Position numbers and translations under genes: made by a program. A stretch of DNA of 37,795 bases from a virus. Of the stretch, positions 23,210-29,400 are shown in pieces (position 1 is the stretch's first letter; every line of letters starts with the position of its first letter). The notes beneath the pieces are model-generated. The model was not told the origin of the DNA and searched no databases. It was given only the letters and a program-made list of their open reading frames with translations. Location: IMG/VR virus record IMGVR_UViG_3300045988_085908; one strand, written 5' to 3'.

Positions 23210-24635
23210 ACGGATCACCGAGCGCACGTGCGCTCTCGTTCGCAATCGCCTTCGCTTCGCCCTCCTCCATGTCCTCAAAACGCGTGAGGTAATACCACAG
23301 CGGCACTTTGCCGGCGATTACAAACTGCCGGAACTGCTCCTTTTGCGTCTCTTTATCCACAATGTAGCTGTCGTCAAAATCGACTGTCACCGGCGTTTCC
23401 GGGTCTACGTCTGCTCCCAGCACATATTTGCCCGCCCACAAGAGCGCCCGCACAAGCGCCTGCACGTGCTGCCCTACGGCGATACTGTGCTTTGCGGCGT
23501 TCTGCACAAGGTCCTGCTTGTCACCGTTGTACTGCGTCGCCGTCACAATAGATGAGCTGTTGAACTGATAGTGCTTCGTACCGAAGCCGACGCGAAGCGA
23601 AAGATAATCGAGCGCCGCCTGTATGCCCGCGATGTTTTCTTCCACGCGCAAAGACGGGTTGTATTCCGTAATCGGGTGATTATCCCCGAGGTCGCAGCCG
23701 TCGCCGAGTTGAAAGAACAACGACTGCATGATGTCGTCCGGCGTGACCGGGTGCCCGTTCTCGTCCATCTGCACGAGCGACTGATCGTAAAACACCTTTT
23801 TGCCGCCGAGCTTAAAATCCCGGCAAAAATTGTTATAGGCCAGGTCAACGCCCTTGAGCTGATCCAGCGCGTTCGCGAGCACCGATACACCGAGCCCCGC
23901 GCCTCCGTAAAAATTCTTCACGATATTCGGCGAGATGAGCGAAAACAACGGCGTACGGCTGCCGGTATGGTATTCCTGTGCAATGCCTTCCGGCAGCTCT
24001 GCCGGCTTCAGCTCGTCCGCTTCCTCCGAAAAGTACGCGTTGCGGATTACATATTCGCCGCCGATCAATCGGTGCGTAGAAACATACGTGTACGTTTTGC
24101 CGTTGTAGACCGTATCGGTCGCGAAAGCCACATCCTGTACGCTATGTGGCGTGACCGTCAGCGGCACGATGTTTTCCGCCGTCAGATAATCCACACAAAT
24201 GCGGCAGTTCCCGTCCGGCTGTACTGCGCCGCCCTGCACCAGCATGTTTTCAAAGCGCAGCACCGCCGCGCCCGTGCCGGTCGCAAAAGCGCGTTCAATA
24301 AGTTCATTTTCCCGCAGCCAAAATGCAAGTTCATCAAAAAGCCCGCGTTCCGTACCATTGCCGAGCAAAAACACCTGGTTCTGTTCACCGGCGTCTATGC
24401 GCGTCTTGTCGTTCATCAGCAAGCTTGCCCAGTCCTCGCACACCTTCTTGCCCATGTGCAGCGTGAAAAGCTCGCGGTGGATCGGCTTATTCTGCCGCAT
24501 CTCCACAAAATGATGAAACGGCCTGTGAAAGCCTGTCCACCAGTCGCGCCACTCGGCAATGTATGTATAATAACTGCTGTTGAGATCGTACCCGTATGTT
24601 TTGTTCAGGTATCCGATCACTGCTCCGATGTTCAT
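23196..24635 (-). CDS. Portal protein (SPP1 gp6-like)
   Basis: 479 aa. ATGA overlap with the terL stop. The N-terminus ...YYTYIAEWRDWWTGFH... is typical of this family, from memory. Confidence 0.9.
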   Translation of the reverse strand: MNIGAVIGYLNKTYGYDLNSSYYTYIAEWRDWWTGFHRPFHHFVEMRQNKPIHRELFTLHMGKKVCEDWASLLMNDKTRIDAGEQNQVFLLGNGTERGLFDELAFWLRENELIERAFATGTGAAVLRFENMLVQGGAVQPDGNCRICVDYLTAENIVPLTVTPHSVQDVAFATDTVYNGKTYTYVSTHRLIGGEYVIRNAYFSEEADELKPAELPEGIAQEYHTGSRTPLFSLISPNIVKNFYGGAGLGVSVLANALDQLKGVDLAYNNFCRDFKLGGKKVFYDQSLVQMDENGHPVTPDDIMQSLFFQLGDGCDLGDNHPITEYNPSLRVEENIAGIQAALDYLSLRVGFGTKHYQFNSSSIVTATQYNGDKQDLVQNAAKHSIAVGQHVQALVRALLWAGKYVLGADVDPETPVTVDFDDSYIVDKETQKEQFRQFVIAGKVPLWYYLTRFEDMEEGEAKAIANESARALGDPYADA

Positions 24636-25879
24636 GTGTGTCCCCTCGCTTTCAAAAAACGCTTATAGTCTCGCTCGATGCTGTATTCAAGCGCATCCAG
24701 CGTATCGATGTCCGTGCTGCCGTCATCAAGCCGCTCGTCTTTCGTCGGGTCCTTTGTGCTCCACAGCGCTGCCGCCAGAGCGTCTCTCGCCGAACCTGCC
24801 TCCGGCAAATACCAGAAGCGCCCTGCGCCCATCAAAACGGACACAAGGCGAATACGATCGTTGATTTCTGTCTTTGCGGCATTCGACACTCTGGAAGCGG
24901 CAAACGAAAGCTCCGACCGCTGCAAAGCAATCTGCATACCGCGAATGAGCACTTGCTCGGCGCTGTCGCAGTAGATATGGTCGATGCGTCTGTACGCAAG
25001 ATGCACCGCCGCGCAGAAATCGACGAACGCCTTTTCAAGTGCCTGCGGCGTGCTCGGCTCCACGCGGCGCGATGCCAAAAGCACAACGCCGGAATAGCCC
25101 GATAAAATGCCGGTCGCAACAAACGCGTGCTTTGACCCATTGCCGCCGAAGTCCACGCCGATATTCACCGCCATCAACGGCAGCTCCTTGCCTTTCCATA
25201 CGAACCGCTCGTCACGGCTTGCCACGCTGTTTGCGAAGTCCTGATAAATCACGCCCTCGGCGGCTGCCCACTCGCCCAGGATAAAGCGGTTATAATACAC
25301 CGTGCCGGCATATTCGCGCTTGAGGTTCTCGACGAACTCCGGCGCCAAAAACGGGTTGTCGTCGATCGTGTACGCCTGCCGGTAAATGTCTGCATCGGAA
25401 TCCAAGAATTTCTTGAACCAGTGCTGCGGGTTTCCGGGGTTGCATGTCCCGTCAAAACGGCTGTTCGGGCACGATAAGCGCGACTTGAGCATCTGGAAAA
25501 CGTCCTCGTGCCAGGTTGTAATCTCGTCACCGTAGCAGTATTCAAACGCCGCGCCCTGTAATTTTGACACCTGCGAAATTTTATCCGCGCCGAGCGCATG
25601 GCATTTCTTGCCGAAGATCTGCACGGTGTTGTTGCTGCCGATCTGCCCGACGAGCGCAGGCGACCAGATCGCACGCATCGGCTCCAGAATATTGCGCTCA
25701 AGCGTGCCTTTGGTGTTGCCGAGCAGCACAATGAGCCCCTCGCCGCGGCATTTTAAAATCCGCTTCGGGATCACGGTGTAATCCAAAAACGTCTTGCCGG
25801 AACGCGTCGCGCCGGTCTTGATGTTCCAACGGTGATTACAGTTCTGCAAAAACTCCTGCTGCTTCGGACTAAATGACAC
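24632..25879 (-). CDS. terL: Terminase large subunit (PBSX/Terminase_3 type), GTG start
   Basis: Walker A GATRSGKT and Walker B-like YCYGDE. GTG at 25879 lies 6 nt after GGAGGTG and overlaps the end of terS. Confidence 0.9.
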   Translation of the reverse strand: MSFSPKQQEFLQNCNHRWNIKTGATRSGKTFLDYTVIPKRILKCRGEGLIVLLGNTKGTLERNILEPMRAIWSPALVGQIGSNNTVQIFGKKCHALGADKISQVSKLQGAAFEYCYGDEITTWHEDVFQMLKSRLSCPNSRFDGTCNPGNPQHWFKKFLDSDADIYRQAYTIDDNPFLAPEFVENLKREYAGTVYYNRFILGEWAAAEGVIYQDFANSVASRDERFVWKGKELPLMAVNIGVDFGGNGSKHAFVATGILSGYSGVVLLASRRVEPSTPQALEKAFVDFCAAVHLAYRRIDHIYCDSAEQVLIRGMQIALQRSELSFAASRVSNAAKTEINDRIRLVSVLMGAGRFWYLPEAGSARDALAAALWSTKDPTKDERLDDGSTDIDTLDALEYSIERDYKRFLKARGHT

Positions 25880-26315
25880 TGTCCACACCTCCCAGCAATT
25901 CCACCGCCTTTTGGAGCAGTTCGGCGTCGCTTTCACTCTCCGGCTTCTCGCTCCACCCTTTAAAGTTGTTGACGAGCGAGAACTTCGCGCCCTGCACGCC
26001 CTCCCGGTCAAAGAGCCGTTCTTCGGCGTACTGCTCCACGTAAGTTTTCGCCCGCGTTATCGTGTCATTAAATTGCTTTCGGCCTTGATAATTCAGCAAT
26101 GCCTGACGACTGGCAAAGCCCAGCGCAAGCGCCAAGCCCGTTACGGTCGGCGGTCTTTTGCCGACGATGATCGGCGCGCCGTATTTATCCGTCAGCACCG
26201 TGCCGTCCCTATCTTTCAGCGGTTCGCCCTCACATGATTTGAAGTACGCCTTAATCTTCTGCTCGATCTCCTCCACGCTCTTGTATTTTGGCGGTCTGCC
26301 CACAGGTCTGCTCAT
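25869..26315 (-). CDS. terS: Terminase small subunit
   Basis: N-terminus GRPPKY, and the HTH-like PTVTGLALALGFASRQALLNY pattern. It lies immediately upstream of terL. Confidence 0.85.
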   Translation of the reverse strand: MSRPVGRPPKYKSVEEIEQKIKAYFKSCEGEPLKDRDGTVLTDKYGAPIIVGKRPPTVTGLALALGFASRQALLNYQGRKQFNDTITRAKTYVEQYAEERLFDREGVQGAKFSLVNNFKGWSEKPESESDAELLQKAVELLGGVDSVI

Positions 26316-26319
26316 CGCA

Positions 26320-26496
26320 TCACCCGCTCCCCAAGCCGTCTATGCGGTCCTCTGCTGCGCTTTCACTCTTAACAGGTGAAACTTCTGAAATCGCCGTATA
26401 GGGGCACACAGAGAGCATACAGAAACATGTGCCGTCTAAGCATTCCGCCCAAACGCATTTGCAGCCCCTCGGGCACACCCGGTATTCTCTTTTCAC
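26320..26496 (-). CDS. Cys-rich small protein, 58 aa, GTG start
   Basis: GTG lies 7 nt after AAGGAGG. 8 Cys in 58 residues. Its stop lies 4 nt before the terS ATG. Confidence 0.5.
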   Translation of the reverse strand: MKREYRVCPRGCKCVWAECLDGTCFCMLSVCPYTAISEVSPVKSESAAEDRIDGLGSG

Positions 26497-26524
26497 GTGC
26501 ACCCCTCCTTTCGGTTTCGGGCAT

Positions 26525-26555
26525 AAGAAAAGCACCCACGCAAATGCGCAGGTGC
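26525..26555 (-). terminator. Rho-independent terminator in the leader of the packaging/late genes
   Basis: The minus-strand RNA stem GCACCUGCGCA/UGCGUGGGUGC includes 2 G-U pairs and is followed by UUUUCUU. It ends about 14 nt before the SD of the Cys-rich ORF. Confidence 0.6.
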
Positions 26556-26577
26556 TCTGTAGACTTCCTCAATTATC

Positions 26578-26611
26578 ATTATAGACGAACAAAGCGAACA
26601 AAACGAACAAA
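26578..26611 (-). promoter_or_regulatory. Late promoter candidate: consensus -10 preceded by three 9-bp-spaced repeats
   Basis: The reverse complement has TATAAT at 26578-26583. CGAACAAA (plus-strand reading) occurs at 26586-26593, 26595-26602 and 26604-26611. There is no recognisable -35. Confidence 0.45.
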
Positions 26612-26612
26612 C

Positions 26613-26981
26613 TCAAAATTTTTTTGAAAAAATTCTGCTGAATTCCATTCGCAGTGCATCTGCGGATTTTGAATCATTCAGCGCTCGTCTGACCACGTTC
26701 CACCTCGTCCCGTGCTTCATGACACATCGGGCGAGCTTCTGAGGGCGGTAGGCAAGCCTGTCCACAAACGCTTCGACCTCCGTCTTTTGCACTTCAAGTT
26801 CCCGAATGCGTTCTGCGTGTTTCGGGTTCGGCAAGCCCTGCACGGTAACGCTGTGCAGATTGAACGGGAACTCGTCCGCGCTTGCCTGCACCACGTCGCT
26901 GACCGCCGCGTTGTCCTTCGCCTTCAGATCTTCGATTTCCGCGCAGATGTCGGGGTATTGCTCCAAAAGTTCTTTTGTCAT
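26613..26981 (-). CDS. Putative late-gene transcriptional regulator, 122 aa (positional call, C-terminal sigma-region-4-like HTH)
   Basis: It is the last gene before the late promoter/terminator and terS. The C-terminus reads RWNVVRRALNDSKSADALRMEFSRIF. GAGGAG SD. Confidence 0.45.
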   Translation of the reverse strand: MTKELLEQYPDICAEIEDLKAKDNAAVSDVVQASADEFPFNLHSVTVQGLPNPKHAERIRELEVQKTEVEAFVDRLAYRPQKLARCVMKHGTRWNVVRRALNDSKSADALRMEFSRIFSKKF

Positions 26982-26997
26982 CGCATCTCCTCAAAAA

Positions 26998-27180
26998 TCA
27001 CATCTCCACAAACGCCACCGCCGCGGCGATGCCCACTAAGCCAAGCACCACCATGGCTTTTACACATCGCTCAAGCCCGGCAATATTGTCCGCTGCGTCG
27101 TACTCCCGCGACTTGCGCATCACGATGCACTCCGTGAGCGTCGCCACGATTACGAGCACGACCAAGATGATTTTACCCAT
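26998..27180 (-). CDS. Small membrane protein, 60 aa, two TM helices
   Basis: AAGGAGGAG SD. It overlaps the methyltransferase stop. Hydrophobic N- and C-terminal segments. Confidence 0.6.
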   Translation of the reverse strand: MGKIILVVLVIVATLTECIVMRKSREYDAADNIAGLERCVKAMVVLGLVGIAAAVAFVEM

Positions 27181-27988
27181 TACACGCTCCTCCTTGTATT
27201 TTAGCTATTTCATCAAAAATCGGATAAAATTGTTGTGGTACCACCGCATTGCCTAAGCATTTAAGTCTGTCCACCCTGCTGGGAATCCCATCAGCCACTC
27301 TATCCACATTGGGTTCAGCTTCCCACCAATCACATTTTGTATGTTGCTTTTTCGACCCTGTCTGTTTTTCCAGTCGCTTGCAAGCGGTGTTGGATACAAA
27401 CGGACTGCACTTGCAAGATTCAAGCTGTGTCGACTGCCCGCTTTTTTCTGTTTGCTCGCAAACGCCCATGTGTAAGCGTCTGCTGCTGTTGGCGTAGGCC
27501 ACGATTGCACACCTATCACGTCGGTGCGGGGCGTCGACGGCACAAGCCGGAATAATAAATGCTTGGCAGGTGTAGCCGACGCTTTCCAAATCAGAAAGCA
27601 CCTGGTCGAGTGCCAGGCTGACGAGGCCAGCAACATTTTCGCCAACGACCCAATCGGGTCGCAGCTCTCTAACAACTCGCAGCATTTCCGGCCAGAGGTA
27701 ACGGTCATCCGCCTTGCCTCGTCGCTTCCCGGCTGTAGAAAAAGGCTGGCACGGAAATCCCCCGGAAATAACGTCAACTGTTCGTAGTCCTGTTCGCACA
27801 TAAAAATCCTCTTTTGTTAGTGTATGTATATCTCGCCAGCGCGGTACATCCGGCCAGTGCTTTTCAAGCACTTTAGTGGGATAATCTGCCCATTCGCATT
27901 GCCCAACTGTTTCAAACCCCGCCCATTCCGCAGCAATGTCAAGCCCCCCTATGCCGGAGAAAAGAGATAGGTGCGTCATTTTAGTCAC
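27173..27988 (-). CDS. Orphan DNA (cytosine-5)-methyltransferase
   Basis: Motif I FSGIGG, motif IV GGFPCQPFS, motif VI GENV, motif VIII PHRRDR, motif X LGNAVVPQ. No cognate endonuclease gene is nearby. The start is either GTG 27988 or ATG 27979. Confidence 0.9.
   Translation of the reverse strand: MTKMTHLSLFSGIGGLDIAAEWAGFETVGQCEWADYPTKVLEKHWPDVPRWRDIHTLTKEDFYVRTGLRTVDVISGGFPCQPFSTAGKRRGKADDRYLWPEMLRVVRELRPDWVVGENVAGLVSLALDQVLSDLESVGYTCQAFIIPACAVDAPHRRDRCAIVAYANSSRRLHMGVCEQTEKSGQSTQLESCKCSPFVSNTACKRLEKQTGSKKQHTKCDWWEAEPNVDRVADGIPSRVDRLKCLGNAVVPQQFYPIFDEIAKIQGGACNG
27253..27801 (-). CDS. Overprinted same-strand ORF, 182 codons, in a different frame inside the methyltransferase gene
   Basis: ATG at 27801 lies 5 nt after AAGAGGA and 18 nt after the last in-frame stop. 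The product has non-junk composition and carries the motifs TSGRKC, WHSTRC, LLFRLVPSTPRT, WPTPTAAD, YPTPLASDWKN and LNPMWIEWLMGFPAGWTD. Confidence 0.35.
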   Translation of the reverse strand: MCEQDYEQLTLFPGDFRASLFLQPGSDEARRMTVTSGRKCCELLESCDPIGSLAKMLLASSAWHSTRCFLIWKASATPAKHLLFRLVPSTPRTDVIGVQSWPTPTAADAYTWAFASKQKKAGSRHSLNLASAVRLYPTPLASDWKNRQGRKSNIQNVIGGKLNPMWIEWLMGFPAGWTDLNA

Positions 27989-28286
27989 TATTCACGCCTC
28001 CTCTGTCCCATCTCCATTTTTGCCCTTTCGTGCAGACCATGCAGCGCAAATCGTCCATCCCGCACGGATTGTTGTAAAGGCATGTGTTACAGTCCCGCTG
28101 CCGCTCGAGCACTTTGTACGCGGCTTGATACAGCTTCGCCGTTTTTATCGCCTCCCGAATAACCGCGCACCCATGCACGCCGCAGTTATACTCATGCCCG
28201 CAACCGAAGCAGCACAAGGAGTCTGCCAGCGAGCCGGTCTCCGATTTCATGCGCTCAAGCGCCTTGATGAGTTCATCTGTTGTCAT
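27981..28286 (-). CDS. Cys-rich protein, about 101 aa
   Basis: ATG at 28286 follows AAGGAAG. Multiple CxxC-like pairs (CCFGCGHEYNCGVHGC, CNTC, CMVC). Confidence 0.6.
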   Translation of the reverse strand: MTTDELIKALERMKSETGSLADSLCCFGCGHEYNCGVHGCAVIREAIKTAKLYQAAYKVLERQRDCNTCLYNNPCGMDDLRCMVCTKGQKWRWDRGGVNSD

Positions 28287-28491
28287 ATCTGATCTTCCTT
28301 TCATGTTTTCTTTTCACAGCCTGCCGCACTTCGTGATAGAAGTACAAAGCATCCATCGCTTTGGCTTTGCGCTGAAGCTCGTCTTCTCTCTGGCGGCAGT
28401 AATCGCGGTACCGCTTGCAAGTGCTGTGGCATGTCCCGCGCTCATCGGCATATCTTCCCGGGCACTCCCTCGGGCAGCAGGTCAGGTTCAT
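28273..28491 (-). CDS. Cys-rich basic protein, 72 aa
   Basis: ATGA overlap with the upstream gene. CCPRECPG ... CHSTC ... C pattern. Confidence 0.6.
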   Translation of the reverse strand: MNLTCCPRECPGRYADERGTCHSTCKRYRDYCRQREDELQRKAKAMDALYFYHEVRQAVKRKHERKIRYDNR

Positions 28492-28688
28492 GACTTTCCC
28501 TCGCTTTCAATTTGCTCCAGCCCGCAGATCAGCACGGAGCCGTCGTTTTTCTTGTCGGTCAATTCAGCCTGGTAAAAGTCACTGCCGGTCTTACGGTCTC
28601 TGCGGAAGATGATCGCCGTCAGCTCGTAAGCGCTGCCGCTGTACTGCACCGTGCGGTTCATGTGCCGCTTAACTTCCCGCAGCTCCAT
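28488..28688 (-). CDS. Hypothetical protein, 66 aa
   Basis: ATG at 28688 overlaps the RusA stop. GAGGAG SD. Confidence 0.6.
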   Translation of the reverse strand: MELREVKRHMNRTVQYSGSAYELTAIIFRRDRKTGSDFYQAELTDKKNDGSVLICGLEQIESEGKS

Positions 28689-29074
28689 CACAGCTCCTCA
28701 ATGCGGATGTAGATGCCCGGAATCTTCGCCCAAAACTTTTCGGTGATCTCGGACGCCACCAGCGCGTCGTCTTTCCAGAATCCCTGCTGCGTCATAACGT
28801 CCTTGAGCAGCTTTTGCAGGTTGTCCGTGTCGGGCTTCGATGTGCGGTACTCTCCGTCCGCATGTCTGCCGTTTGGGAAGCACCACTTCGTCGTCAGCCG
28901 TACGCCGCCCGTGATCGGGCTTTCGGGTCTGTGCCTGCCGATGTAAGCGGCGAGCTTCTGTCTGGCGGCTTTCAGTTTATCGTCCTCGTAGAACTTTCGT
29001 GCCGACCAGTTCACACGCTTCTCCTGATGCGTCACCGTCGGCGGCACCATCGGTACAAAAAACTCCAATGTCAT
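28688..29074 (-). CDS. rusA: RusA-family Holliday junction resolvase
   Basis: 128 aa. KPDTDNLQKLLKDVM ... DD pattern typical of RusA. Confidence 0.85.
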   Translation of the reverse strand: MTLEFFVPMVPPTVTHQEKRVNWSARKFYEDDKLKAARQKLAAYIGRHRPESPITGGVRLTTKWCFPNGRHADGEYRTSKPDTDNLQKLLKDVMTQQGFWKDDALVASEITEKFWAKIPGIYIRIEEL

Positions 29075-29099
29075 TTTTGCTTCGCCTCGTTAAACTGCT

Positions 29100-29400
29100 A
29101 AATTTTTGCTTTTGAAGAAAATTGTTTTCGTCAAGGGTAGGGGAAGAAGTCGTGTGGGGGAACCTCATGACCCCCACACTTCTTCACCCCTTGACCGTGA
29201 GAGAAAGTGAAACGGATATATATACGTAGTATATATACTTTTTCCTTCTCTCGGAAAGGAAAGGAAAATTACTCGACTTTTTCCTTCCGTCGGGAGCCTT
29301 AAAAAGCGTTTGAGGGAAAGGGAAAATATCGATATTTTCCTTCTTTCCGAGCCTTGAGAGAAAGTACAGGGAAAGCTTTCCCTACCGATATTTTCCTTTC
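29100..29400. other. Origin of replication candidate: iterons, palindromes and an AT-rich element
   Basis: There are at least 4 direct copies of TTTTCCTTYC and inverted GGAAAGG copies. GGAAAATATCGATATTTTCC at 29321-29340 is a perfect 20-bp palindrome, and GGGAAAGCTTTCCC at 29369-29382 is a perfect 14-bp palindrome. TATATACGTAGTATATA is an AT-rich element. A long hairpin spans 29131-29195. The region lies next to the primase-helicase gene. Confidence 0.55.
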
